A DNA stretch of 63,184 nucleotides, counting the filler, from Rhabdomonas costata (Eukaryota): the NCBI GenBank assembly GCA_019059605.1. It is 41 parts of 41 records of this genome, joined end to end, with 100 filler letters (N's around TTAATTAATTAA, not from the genome) between each part and the next. Parts side by side here need not be neighbours in the genome. Positions count along the whole stretch, not along the records: positions 50,941 to 52,383 come from JAHMHO010015818.1; positions 52,484 to 53,926 come from JAHMHO010015819.1; positions 54,027 to 55,469 come from JAHMHO010015820.1; positions 55,570 to 57,012 come from JAHMHO010015821.1; positions 57,113 to 58,555 come from JAHMHO010015822.1; positions 58,656 to 60,098 come from JAHMHO010015823.1; positions 60,199 to 61,641 come from JAHMHO010015824.1; positions 61,742 to 63,184 come from JAHMHO010015825.1; 33 more parts are not named here. One strand, 5' to 3'. Positions within the stretch are counted from its first letter, which is position 1. Every line of letters starts with the position of its first letter. The notes below the pieces were generated by a model that saw nothing but the letters and a program-made list of their open reading frames with translations, did not search any database and had not been told where the DNA came from. The translations under genes were made by a program, and so were the position numbers. Of this stretch, positions 51,091 to 63,184 are shown in pieces.

Positions 51091-51895
51091 GCCCAGATCG
51101 ATGTCTACATGGCTGTGGAGGCAGAGGTGATGCAGGGGATCTTCGAGGGCTACAACTCTACCATCTTCTGCTACGGCCAGACAGGCACATCCCCTCCCTC
51201 TGCACCCACGCCGCCTATCAGATTGGGTTCCATCCTTATGCGGAGATGGTGGCTTTCCCTTCATATTATCCAAGTCCGCCCAAACCCTTCCTGGATCGTC
51301 CTTCGTCCGGTTCAAAGCACAGCGGGTAATGCCTGACCCTACAACGGTCTCGCTCATATAACCACTGACTGGGATGTCCGTGATGGTAGGTTTAATGACA
51401 CGAATGGCGCGGTTAGTCTTTCCGCATTCATCCATCTCTCGTGTCCCCTTTCCTCAGATGCGCGCACATGCTTGACAAGCGGTAAAACGTCACTGCATGG
51501 CCGCCGAAATACTATGTTGGCTTTCTTTGTAATGGTGGTTTCCCCCATATGGATACAGCCTGTGCCCGGACAGATGCACCCCAGGGTTAGATTCTTGAAG
51601 TCGTTGAACGTTTCAATCCAACTGTACTTTCGAAGCCACAGACAATGACAGGATAATCACAACACAGCCAATATTTGCACATGCTATGCCCCTCCCTCTA
51701 TATCCCGTCGCCGAAAAACGCGCCAATACACGCCTCGGATCCAGCGGCGTTGTGTTTCCAGCTTCGCCAGGAGACAGCCAGAAGGTGGGCTGCGTGGGTT
51801 AGGATTCCTCCTTCTGCGTATTTCTCAGCCAGTGGAAAGACCTACACCATGATGGGGGACCTCTCCAACCCTCTTCACCGGGGCGTTATCCCTCG
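51091..51895 (+). CDS. Kinesin motor domain, P-loop region (2 exons, GC-AG intron)
   Basis: Exons ~51091-51184 and 51829-51895 give QIDVY..EGYNSTIFCYGQTA|SGKTYTMMG..RGVIPR. Confidence 0.92.
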
Positions 51896-52019
51896 GTATC
51901 TCTCTCTCCTTCTGTTTCGATTTTTTTTTCTCATTTACTGCGGGCACATTCAGACACACACATACACACACAGCCCAGCGCAACAACACCCAGAAAAGCC
52001 CCAAGGGCTGTTCCCGCGA

Positions 52020-52116
52020 GAAAACGCCCCTGCACCTCAAGAAAGGAGTGTGGAGTCGCAGAGACCTAAGCCGCAATGAAGCAACGCCGGTAGCCGCTGG
52101 AAAAGAGCAGCTGCGC
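52020..52116 (+). repeat. Dispersed repeat family 1, copy 3
   Basis: Aligns with the other two copies; lies downstream of a kinesin exon donor, so probably intronic. Confidence 0.85.
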
Positions 52117-54760
52117 AACAATGCATAGAGAGTGTAAGTGTGCCACGACTGGGGCTGCGGAGTCGGGAATGTTGGTCATGGAGGCCGAGATGTTCCGCCA
52201 AGCACGCATGGAGATTGCTATACGCACAAACATGCACTCCACACCGGTCAGCAGACGCCCTTCCATGAGGTTGTTGTCGGCAGGTTGGCAAACCAAAGGG
52301 CAGCTAGAGAGGAGAAAGACATCCCCTGCAACACCAAAAATAAAACTGCTACCACACACGCACTTGTATAGAAAAAACAAACCNNNNNNNNNNNNNNNNN
52401 NNNNNNNNNNNNNNNNNNNNNNNNNNNTTAATTAATTAANNNNNNNNNNNNNNNNNNNNNNNNNNNNNNNNNNNNNNNNNNNNGGTGGGGTGGGGGAAGC
52501 CCAGCGGGCTCTTTGAGAAGGGCGGCCTTGCCGCGGTTGCGGGACCACATCAGCCATAACCGGACCATTCCCCACAGAAGAGCCACCGCAGCCATGGCCA
52601 GGATCGTCAGCAGGATCACCGTGGGGCTGGAGGAGCTGCGGAAGGCGGGCAGAGTCATTGGGGCGTGAGAGGGACAAGGAGAGCGAGTGAGGGAACGAGG
52701 GAACGAGGGAGGAGCTAATTGAGACACAGAATGTGAGGGGACGAAAGGGACAGGGACCCCTTGGAATACGCCCCGCAAATAAAAAAGCAACGCAAAACTA
52801 AAGTGGAGAGAAGAGAGAGTGGAGGCAGGGCTGCCACGAGAAAAGACAAAAGGGGGCGCACGCGGGCACAATTTACGTGTAGACCTCATTTTCATCACCG
52901 AAAACAAACTGTCTACAAGCTGATGCCACAACAGAAACACTTTGACTTCCCTGTTAAAAAATCAACTTCACTTGGCAGCCTCGATGCATGCGTTTCCCAC
53001 AGCGAATCGTTGCCCAAAACCAGCCAACGTCAACCCTACCTGTACCATACCTATGCTGACCTCGCGCGGCGCCTCGGCAAAGACGCCTCGCAGCAATACC
53101 CCCTAATTCACTCCGTACAGCCCACAGCCCACAATATAACCACTCCTTTCACCCGAACATTCTGGTGAATAAAAATAAGGAAGACACCGACGAGAAGCTG
53201 TACAGCTTGCACAAACTGTCAAAGCATACCGCTGACAAGCGGTGGCAGAAGCCAACCAGTTCGATCCGACCTCCCCATCTCCGATTCTCTAAAGCAAACC
53301 CGCAAATCCAACCCCACCCCGAATATTACAAAACCACAAACTTCGACTATGTGCAGGGGGAAACGTGCCAATTGCGGAGGGAACAGCCCAGCTGGCAAAC
53401 GGGGCCTTCAAAATACGCCTTTCCCTCCAGGCCAAAACCACACCCCTACACACAGCACAAGCCAAATGTTAAAAAGTCCCTGCCCTGCTCCAACCCAGCT
53501 TTCTCCCAAAAGCCTCCCAAAATTGCCCTCAACCAGGCTTCGGTAACCCATGGCAGCGTCGATGTCTTTCGCGAAACCCTAAACGACTGTGTGACAAGGG
53601 CTGCTTCTTCGTTCAGAGGGCGGGGTCGTCCGGACCCCGAAGAAACCCAGGGGCGTACCCCCAGCGGTAGATCGCCGCCACAGCGATGGCCAGCAGGGCC
53701 ATCACGAGCGCCAGTCCAAGCAGCAGGCGGGTCTCTGCTGGAAGGGAACGAGGGCCCACCGCGTTGGGGTCCACAGGGGGACCCGCGGAGAGTGCGGCCT
53801 GCAGGTCGGAGAGCAGGGCCTCAGGGCTAGGGAAGCTGCCGTGGTTTTCCAGTGCGCGAAGGGCAAGAGAGACCTGCTGCGTGCAGATCGCCTCCCGCCC
53901 GCACAGTGCCACTGAACGTGCGAGTGNNNNNNNNNNNNNNNNNNNNNNNNNNNNNNNNNNNNNNNNNNNNTTAATTAATTAANNNNNNNNNNNNNNNNNN
54001 NNNNNNNNNNNNNNNNNNNNNNNNNNACCCACCAAAAGTGCAAAAAAAAAACTGCTGAAAGGTGTAAAAACGTTTAACTTCATTAAACGTCGAAAGTCAA
54101 ATGGCAAGTCCCAGGCTCATCCGCCCTCTCCTCAAATGTTATTGTCGCCGGTCAGCTGAATGCTTCCATCAGAAATTTCACACACACACATGCTGTTGTG
54201 ATGGGGGATATATATACACGGGGGTATACAAACGCTGCGCTGGAGTCATGAACCAGCTTCAGCCGTTAGGAAGAATGTAACGTGACCTCGGAAGAATGTA
54301 AAGTGAGAATGGTCAAAAGCTAAGTGGCATGTTAATGTGGAACCCGCTCGTGCTCCACTTTTCTTTTAGAGATGTCGCCTTGTTGGCCGACGCGCTAAGA
54401 GGCAGTGGGTGTGCGCGTGCGTGTGTGTGGAAAGGATGCCATCCGCACAAATCAGTGCGTGTGGGTGGGTGTTCCCTGGGCCGCTGCTTCGCGTTCCTTT
54501 GACGCAGGGCGTGGGCTCTGGTACTGGCCCAAATTGTTTCGCTGGTTCAGTCGTTTCTCGAAATGGCTCCTTTGAAGGTTGTATTGTCGTTGCTTCCGAT
54601 GGTTCCTCCAATAATGCCTGCGACCCAACTGCTGTGGTAATGGCGGTGATGGCTCCATCCAAATTGTTATGTTGCTGCGATTTATCTACTATCGAAGAGG
54701 CGCACTATCGGCTCATGGGTTCGATTCCGTGATGACCCTACCACAACAATCTTGTTGCAG

Positions 54761-55390
54761 GACGTTGCAGTCGCTGAACCTCAACAACAACGACGCCCGC
54801 GCAGAAGGCGCTGCTGCCCTTGCCCAAGCTTTAGCTGGCATGCTTAGGCCTGTTTGTTTTTTCTTTGTGTTTGGGGACCCTTCCTACATCCTTTTGAGAC
54901 ATGCGCGCCTAGTATGCTCGCTTTTCTTCTGTTCAGCGCCTTTGCTTTTTTGTTTACTTTTTCGCTTTCCCTTGAATTATAGGTGCCCCCGTCAAACCCT
55001 CTGGCGCAAGAAGCGGCGCAAGTGTGTACAGAATATTTTAGCCCAAAAAAACGGAAGTGATGGGTCTGGGGTGCAAGGATTAAGGCCCAGCCGTTTACTC
55101 CTGCCTTCACAGCCAGCTGGACTAGAGCCGAGCTTCATTTCGGCTCGCTTTGAGCAGAAATGCTGCATGTATGTCAAACCCCACCGCGACTGGTGGCACT
55201 AGGTGCTTCGTTTTCGGCTTCGGGGGATTGCGTTGAGCGCTGCAGAGCGCGTGTGGTGGTGGGGTTTTGTGTGCAGTCAATGATGTGCTCACCACTGGCG
55301 GCCTACGCGGGAACAGTATCACCGCTGCCGGAGGGGTGGCCCTGGCTCAAGCGCTGCTGCACAACAGTCGCCTGATTGGCCTGGACCTGG
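54761..55390 (+). CDS. RNI-like leucine-rich-repeat protein (2 exons, GC-AG intron)
   Basis: Exons 54761-54837 and 55277-55390 give TLQSLNLNNNDARAEGAAALAQALA|VNDVLTTGGLRGNSITAAGGVALAQALLHNSRLIGLDL, with 28-aa periodicity. Confidence 0.85.
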
Positions 55391-56506
55391 GTTTGTGCCC
55401 CTTCCTTTCTCTCGTTTACTTGCAGGTATGAGATCCATCGGTATCTCTGCATCCTGATAAAATACCCACNNNNNNNNNNNNNNNNNNNNNNNNNNNNNNN
55501 NNNNNNNNNNNNNTTAATTAATTAANNNNNNNNNNNNNNNNNNNNNNNNNNNNNNNNNNNNNNNNNNNNGGTGGGTGGTGGCTGTACCACTGGACCAGTG
55601 CCCGCACCGGGGCAGCCATGCTATCGTATTTCGCGAGAAGGGAGAGGAGGAGGGGAGAGAGGAGGAGGGGAAGAGGGGCAATGTCCCAGTCAAGAGAAGC
55701 CCGCAGAGCAAGATACAGCCGTGAGGGCTGACAAAAGCGAATGAATAATAGAAGAGAGAGAGAGAATGGGATGGAAATAATAGTTCTTTCTTGAGCAATT
55801 TTTGGTAACAGATCAGTCCAACTTCTCTCGGGTCTGCAGGGTCACAGGGGATCAGTGCTGCAGTGTGTTTGTGTACAACTCAACGCAGGCAGCAAAGGTT
55901 GGCAATGTCCCCGGATCCAGAAGCAAAACTCACAGCAATCAAACGGCGAAGCTTGCCATGCCCTATTCTACGAAGTACAAAGGGGAGAGGGCTTTTGTTT
56001 GTGACAGACCTCTGGCAACTTCAAATTTTATTAAAAAACAATATCCGAACAATGATGTGGGTTGTGTGCCGCTTTCTTTACCTTGGAAGGAGTGCAGAAA
56101 AACCAGAAGCGATATTCTGGCTGAGCCACCAAGAAAGATAACTTCAACCAATTGACAGCGAGGAACCGTGAATGAAACGGCAGCGCAGTCTGTTCGAAAA
56201 TCTCCCATTGAGAGCGGGGGGAGGGGGGGTGAAAGCAGGACTTTCATTGCCCTTGGCGGATGAAACTTTTGCAGGGGTCGTGTCGGGGTCGAAGAGGTTG
56301 GCGTTCGGAAGTAAACGCGAGATTCTCGGAACGAAAATCGAAGACAACTCAATCAAAGCGCGCCGAACCGCGGCGTTGCACGCCGACCGGCACTCGCAGC
56401 TTGAAGCCTCAGGAAAGCAGCACATTCCCACCGCTTAAGGGGCTTCGTGGCACCCCCCCCCCGTTGCTTTTGAGCCGCAGAGGAGAAGCTAAGAAGAAGG
56501 GCGGGT

Positions 56507-56688
56507 TCACGGCCAGAGTAGGCCTCGGGAAGACAGCGCCTCATGGATGTGGGCCACGACTTCGGCGATTGGGACCGTGTTGGGCTCACCTTGCGCGCGG
56601 TTCTCCAGTACAACGGCACGGTACTCAAGGCCTAGCCGAACGGCAAGGCCATAGTAGCAGGGGTTGGCCGTCCTCCCCGGAACGTACT
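56507..56688 (-). CDS. Possible glycosyltransferase family 61 (DUF563) C-terminal exon
   Basis: EYVPGRTANPCYYGLAVRLGLEY resembles the E..P.....Y..LA..LGL.Y motif. Confidence 0.45.
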
Positions 56689-59070
56689 CTGTCCCCAGAC
56701 ACGGCATTACGACTCCGCGCCAATTCTTTGCACTCAGACCTAGAAATTCACCTGACTCCGCGAACTCGAATTTAATATATAAATTTCCAACAAACCTACG
56801 CAACGTCAGCTATTGCCTGCGGAACAAAAATGTCAGCTGGAATAGGCTAAGCTCAACCAGTAGCAGACCCAGTGGACCCAGGAGCATCCGGGATTGATTC
56901 TTTCTTCTTCAAAAATTCCATGATTTCCCAAATTTCACGACAGTCTTCGCAATCTGCAACCAAGCAGTTGCTAGTAACCCCCATGCTGCTAACTCGGTGA
57001 ACCCCAACCACCNNNNNNNNNNNNNNNNNNNNNNNNNNNNNNNNNNNNNNNNNNNNTTAATTAATTAANNNNNNNNNNNNNNNNNNNNNNNNNNNNNNNN
57101 NNNNNNNNNNNNTGTTGGGGTGTGGAACGCTGCCACATTAGCCCCGAGAACCACAAAGATTCCCGTCACGGGGTGTCAGTGGAAGAGGTACCAGGTCCAG
57201 ATGCGGCAGTACAGCGCGGCGAGGTCGTTGCGGAGGTGTTGCTTAGTTGAGTAACACAACTCGGGCAGTGGCCGGCCCGAGATGCCGTCCACTGCAAGAA
57301 GCGGTTTAATGAGTGCAGCTACCACACACAATGATTGGGGAATTTGAGGAACACCAGAATGAACTGGAAAGCACCGCTATTCTTAAGACAACAGCAAGAA
57401 ACAATAAGAATACCAACCAGAGCAGAAAAAACTAAGTAATTCCAGCATTGAATGCAAAATGAGTCACATCATCAGCAAAGAAAGAAAGAAAGACGTCCCG
57501 CGAAAAACTCCAATTTCACTGAATCACAGACATGAATGCGTGCGCATACCAGGATGTACCAGGATGCAGCACGATGACAAAACGCAGTCTCGGTGAACCT
57601 AACACTGCGTGTATAACAGATGACGTTGTACCCAAGTGACCCAAACGAAATCCCCAACCTTGGCGAGCAGCTTCCGGGGAACGGGTGTTTTGTAGGATTG
57701 CATTCTCGACGATCATCAAACCCCAGCCACAAAATACAATCATCTCAACTTTAATTTGAACAGAACTGTGACCATCTCTGAACAAAAAAGTAACCGAAAC
57801 TTAGACAGAAGGTGGGACGCTATTGTTACAAACAGATGCAAAGGTGAGATGAATGACCTGTAGTCCGCTCCGCGGCCCTTTCAGGGAATTTCAGACCATG
57901 TATTTGATTTGACCTTGTAGCGCAAAACGTCATCAAGGTCATTCCAGACAATCTGGTAGGAATACCCAAAATGTGCGCGGAAGTCAACCGATATAGGAGC
58001 GCTCAATGAGATCCCCATGAGAAGGCAAATAGTGAATCTGATACCGGGAAGACCTGGGTTGTCTTCTGAGTGAAACCGTCCACATTCTATCTCCAAAGGT
58101 TTTTCTTTTTCTTAGAGAAGGCTCGTAGAAAAAAGAGCTGACCATGCTTAACCATGCTGAATACCAGGATCAAAACAAGTAAGGGCGCTGCGCGCATGGA
58201 GCAGAGCTAATGGGAAGCCCCCATCCCATGACACCTCCCCCCGGTTTTGCAGCATTTGCCCTGGTTAGAACACGCTCCTATGCCTGTAAATCACCCTCCC
58301 CTACCTTCAGCCTACCGTCGGGCCAACTTCCTAAAGGGGTCTAAATTCCCTCATTTTCACCACTTTCATGCAGTTTTATGAATGGTTATGGAATTCATGT
58401 GGTGCTGAGTTTGAGGTAGTGGTGGTCACGGAGGCATGGTCCGTAGGGGCATGCCAAAGTAGTGTTGTTCTTGAACTCATAGAGATGTGTCCATGCTGAG
58501 CCTTACTCCTTTGTGTCTTTGGGTTCGTGGTTCCGTCTCACGTTTGTGTTTTCTTNNNNNNNNNNNNNNNNNNNNNNNNNNNNNNNNNNNNNNNNNNNNT
58601 TAATTAATTAANNNNNNNNNNNNNNNNNNNNNNNNNNNNNNNNNNNNNNNNNNNNACATGTCCCCCATGCAGGTTTACACTTCGCTATACTCTAGTTATT
58701 AAGATAGCAGAGCGGAATCGGAGAATTCGGAGAATTCACCGCTCATGTTCGCATTGCTATCTTAATAACTAGAGTATAGCGAAGTGTAAACCTGCATGGG
58801 GGACATGTGAGGAAGCAGATAAGGGCGGATACCGATACCGCCGATACCACCAACAGAAACTTCAAGACACTGGCCGTAACGCAGTTCAGTGCACAGGGCG
58901 CCCAAAGTATCCAAGGAAAAGGCAGGTAGACGCTGAGGAAGGCCAGACACAAAGGGAATAGAACTCCTCTGCGACCTTAAGTCAGCACATCGCGCACACT
59001 GAAAATACCGTACCAACACTCGGTTTTCTCTTTAAATCGTGCAAAACCAAAAACCAGGGGAACCAGGAAC

Positions 59071-59342
59071 CTGCATCGTCTTCTTGGGGCGGTAGTCGTT
59101 GGCAACAGTGTAGCCTTGCCCACCATTGATTGCCGCAAATAGAGGGCCTGGGTCCGAGCCGGGGCCCCAGCACCCCGAAACGCTGCAGCTGGTGTTGTAG
59201 GTGAGCTCCGAGATCACCGTGAGCTCCTGAAGGGTATCGGCGGCGGCATAGGTGACGTTGGGGTGCCTCTGCGCCACCATCAGCTCCAGGGAGTCCGTGC
59301 GGGCCTGGTTCTGGGTGTTGGCGTACTCTGCGGCCTGGGTGA
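59071..59342 (-). CDS. Exon of a putative extracellular Cache-like sensor domain
   Basis: AG/GT-bounded GC3-rich exon ending PLFAAINGGQGYTVANDYRPKKTMQ; only the AxxGxxG...DYR motif supports the family call. Confidence 0.4.
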
Positions 59343-60198
59343 CTGAAGCAGAGGAGGGAATCAATGGGTTTGCTCCAACCCACAGAGCGACCTCAACTTC
59401 TCCCGTATCGTCTGCCATGCGTCAAGAAACCCTGATCTGGCAAATATGAATCTAATGCTTAGCCTAAGAGACACCTTCCAAATAGCACCGGCTTCAAAAC
59501 TCCATTGGCAGACCAAACGCTCTTGAGCATTCAGATAAGGAACACAGGATTAATCGATGGGCGAGAAGAGAAGAAAACACAGGCGGGAGGGGAAGAGAAG
59601 CACCCGGTTCCCTGCAGGGCTTTCCACTGGGCAGGGCTTGAGGGAAAAAGGAGGGAGACATTCACACCTGCGCTGGCCAAGACTTCCGCCGTGTCGAGCT
59701 TGTACACAAGCCCTGCCGCGAAAAAAAACGTGCCAGCACATCCCGCCACCAAAACTGGGCTCGTACCAGCCCTCTTGGACGCACAACCCTACCACGTACC
59801 ACGGCAACCTAAGGGGCATAGAAGCTCAGTCTGTTAACGCTGTGTCAGAGCACCGTGAATCCGCGCAGACCAAAGGGAATATCCACGACCCAGAGTAGCC
59901 AGAGGTTGCGACAGGATGCCCCAAATCGCCAGCTCGGCCATCTGCGTAGCCCGTGCCCATCACAGCGGCTATCCATTCCATGTAACATCATAAAGGAAAA
60001 CATTCATCAGCAATCATTCATATCAAACCACGAGTCTACACCACACACATTGGAGCACGTACCGACGCTGAGTTCCGGAAGGCAAGAGAAGCCCGCGANN
60101 NNNNNNNNNNNNNNNNNNNNNNNNNNNNNNNNNNNNNNNNNNTTAATTAATTAANNNNNNNNNNNNNNNNNNNNNNNNNNNNNNNNNNNNNNNNNNNN

Positions 60199-60289
60199 TG
60201 TGTGTGGTGAGCTCCGCGCTGGGAGGGGCGCAGTTTACGGACGTGGTGTTCGGTGACGTCTTCCTGTGCGCGGGGCAGTCAAACATGAG
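60199..60289 (+). CDS. Sialate O-acetylesterase (SASA)-like exon
   Basis: FTDVVFGDVFLCAGQSNM matches the DV.FGDVWLCSGQSNM signature. Confidence 0.8.
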
Positions 60290-60722
60290 GCAGCCCACGG
60301 CGTCCTTCCTGCGTTTCCGAAAGAAGTGATGCCGCTTTCTGGGGGGGGGTGCTGGTTGTTCCAGTGTGGTGGTGATGAAAAAGGAAGGGCAAAGGCGTGC
60401 ACGGGCATGACATTGTGTCTTGGGAGGATTCTTGTTCGTGTGCGGGGCAACGACGTCAGCCTCACCCGCGGCAGAGCAAATTGTTCTGGCTGGATTTTCC
60501 GTTTTTAGTGGGAAGGACATCACAATCCAGTATTGCTCTATATTTCCTCCCGACAACCTCTCGGACGCGGGCCGAAGTATGAGTATTCGAATTCGTCCGC
60601 GGAGCACGATCTTTCCGTACACCAGCGATGCCGAGTCGGCTGTGTGTGCATTTTAGTGAGTACCAGTCGGCAAAGAGCTTTCTGGTCTTTAACGGGCGTT
60701 CGTGACATTATGATATGCTGCT

Positions 60723-60819
60723 CAAGGTACCTTACAAGGAACCACCCACGCCGAAAGGGGCTCGGGCAACTAGCTCTTGGCCGCCTGCAGCCCAAAAATC
60801 AGGCATCACTGTATCACTG
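60723..60819. repeat. Dispersed repeat family 2, copy 2
   Basis: Matches 45920-46018. Confidence 0.9.
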
Positions 60820-63184
60820 TCACCCCATGTGTACGGGCGGGTCCACTTATAAGATGGAGTCTCGCAAGGTCAGGCTATCTGCTGCTCAATGAAGCTCACT
60901 TCCCTTCTGCGATTCCCCACCACGGAGAATCGGCCTTTTTGTTCTCGTTTCGAGTTGCTCGCTTGAGTGGGACGAAAAAGAAAGAGCAATCACTACTGAA
61001 AATAGGGGATAGCGTGACTACCTTCATCGAATTGGTGATAGCATTCCATTATCTTTGGTTAGAATCGTTTTTCTTTGGAGATTGCGCATGCCTTTGGCCT
61101 CTCTCTTGCAGGGCAGCGGGTGCTGTAGTGACGGAGCCCCGGATTCGGTTTTTCCAAGCGCTGCCCAACCCTCGGGTCAACACCAGCACTCCTTGGAATG
61201 AGGTGCACCCGGCACCGCTAAGATGCCGCCACTGCCGGGCATCTTGGGAGGCGGTGTGCTCCGTGCTGCTTCTGGATAGACCGGGAATCTTTCTTTTGGA
61301 GTTTTGTGGTTGCCGTTTTCTTCATTGACATGGAGACAGCTATGTTTGCTGGGTTTTTTTTTTGCTTGTTTCCGTTGTTTGCTTGCTTGTTGCCGTTTGT
61401 GTGTTTGTCTGTGGGTCGTGATGGAAACGCAGAAAGAAAACACACACAAATACGCACAGGAGAGACCCGTGGCTTTAAAGAAATGCCGTCCCTAACCTAT
61501 GACGCCCGCAGCCTGGGTGCTCGCACGGAGGGTCCTAATGCACTGTTGCCAGATTTGAAGTGCTCACCAGACGAATCACCTGCCTGCAGGTGTCCCAGGC
61601 TTATGTGCGACGTGCCAAAAACCACCAAACACACCAAACACNNNNNNNNNNNNNNNNNNNNNNNNNNNNNNNNNNNNNNNNNNNNTTAATTAATTAANNN
61701 NNNNNNNNNNNNNNNNNNNNNNNNNNNNNNNNNNNNNNNNNTGTGGGGGTGTTTGCAGCACTTGGAAAAAGCGTTACAAGAGTCTCCGGAGAAATGACAT
61801 GTATCCTTCCATCAAATACATAGAAACAGGGATTTTTCGTTTCCCAGAGGATTTGGCTTAGGCTTTTCGCCCTTGGTTTATGGTTTTTGGTCTGGTCCAT
61901 TGTCCAGCCCGCGGATACAGAAATGAGAGGAGGTCGAGGATGGAAGAGTATCCTTCCTCTCCACGAGGCACCTAATGTGCGCGCAGCCTGACTTACTCCT
62001 TCTTTCTATGATTTTTCACACTTATGTCGAACTCACATCCGCTTTTCTTTCTGATAGCGGAAGCATTGCCTGTCCAAACTTCAAGGGCTAGAATTGTTTG
62101 CCGTGCGCCGATATTTTGCGCCACAGACTAGGGTTATGATTCTCCCTTCGCGTTCTCGTGAATCTTGGTTCTGCGCAAAAAAAAAAATGCAGGACCCCTT
62201 GTCCACCGAGACCACCGTGCTGTGTCATTGGTCGCCCGTAAGAAGGGCTGATGCTCGTGTTGAGTGGAATGGTTCTTTTTTACCCGCCCCCTGTTTCCGG
62301 TGGCATGAGTACGGAACTCTGTGCAGAAATGCTTGCTTTCTGTGTGCTGATTTTATGTTGTTCATTGTATGGTGTATATTTGTTTGCGCTGTGATGTAGT
62401 TCGGAAGCATGCGAGGGATTTCTTCAGAAGCGGTGCACAACTCCCCCCATGCGAGCACTGTGAACCGTGTTTGCACATTTTCTGTGGAAATGCATGTCAG
62501 CACAGCCCTTGTCTCACGGTGTGCTATTAGCCGTGGTCAAAAGGGATTGCTCTGCACGAGCTTGCCATTTGGGGCGGCTCATTAGGTCGCCGTGACTTTT
62601 TTAAGCAGACAGACTAGTGTCACTTAATGGATAATCATGGATTGCTTTTGTATGGCTCCACAAGTAACTGCTGTTCGAGTTTTGTAGAGCGGAGAATCTT
62701 CCTGTGGAGTTGTAGGCTAAGTAAGGTTCGTGGAGACAGCTGGGCACGAGGCGAAAGTGTATTGCGCATCAACCGCGGTGAAAGCAGTTTGCGTCGTCGG
62801 TCCTGTTGGTTCTTTTTCGATCCCGGAGGAGAATATCGGAACCGTTGCCCGTGAAGGCATTGATTGTTGGGGTCAGCCATTCCGCCGCCGCTGGCATCTT
62901 CGGGCAATATTGCGCCCAGTCTTCGGTCTGGCGCCCCCCCTCTCCCGTTGCCTTCGTGCTGTGCTTGTTATCTTGCCCGAGGTGCTTGGGGGATTTCCGG
63001 TTTTGCATGGTTTCCATAATGTGTCCCTTGTGTCTAAAAAGGGTTGCTTTGAATTTGAACCATTTTGTAGTGATGGATTTTGAGGCTTTGGCTGTTTTGT
63101 CCTCTTTTGGATAATGTTGACTTGACCTGTTCTGGTTTTGGACACTTGAATTGAACTTTTGGTCACATTGACCACACCCACAAC

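Noticed and set aside
54714..54735. GGTTCGATTCC as a tRNA or SINE B-box
   Set aside because: The T-stem pairs poorly and no upstream cloverleaf or A-box was found.
58656..58808. 54-bp perfect inverted repeat as a pre-miRNA or MITE
   Set aside because: Flush with the contig end, perfectly complementary with a self-priming loop; best explained as an amplification fold-back.
1..63184. Gene-sized nanochromosomes with TG/CA telomeres
   Set aside because: End polarity is reversed relative to telomeres, the runs are irregular, contigs cut genes mid-way, and the uniform length reflects sorting.

Overview
This is not one locus. It is 41 unrelated short contigs (mostly 1443-1445 bp, apparently length-sorted) joined by artificial 100-bp spacers (N44-TTAATTAATTAA-N44), so adjacency between contigs means nothing. 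The DNA is from an intron-dense eukaryote, and the ORF track is largely spurious because real genes are split into small exons. Exon fragments I could reconstruct by hand: BiP/Hsp70, MetAP2, PABP, erlin, an ELO elongase, a kinesin, two kinases, a DUF2009 protein, an FtsH/AFG3 C-terminus, IP3R/RyR-like and Slo/BK-like channels, and kelch, LRR, PDZ, EF-hand and degenerate class III cyclase proteins. Trypanosomatid-like BiP and MetAP2 motifs, together with acceptor-like AGs just before start codons, suggest a euglenozoan, probably a euglenid (inference). G/T-only contig starts, C/A-only ends and fold-back ends point to whole-genome-amplification artefacts. Best leads: a 201-bp GG-terminal MITE with an 8-bp target-site duplication (Merlin-like), two dispersed repeat families shared between contigs, two well-supported GC-AG introns against a very degenerate donor consensus, and a cluster of GNA mini-hairpins. 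No CRISPR, rRNA, tRNA or prokaryotic system was found.
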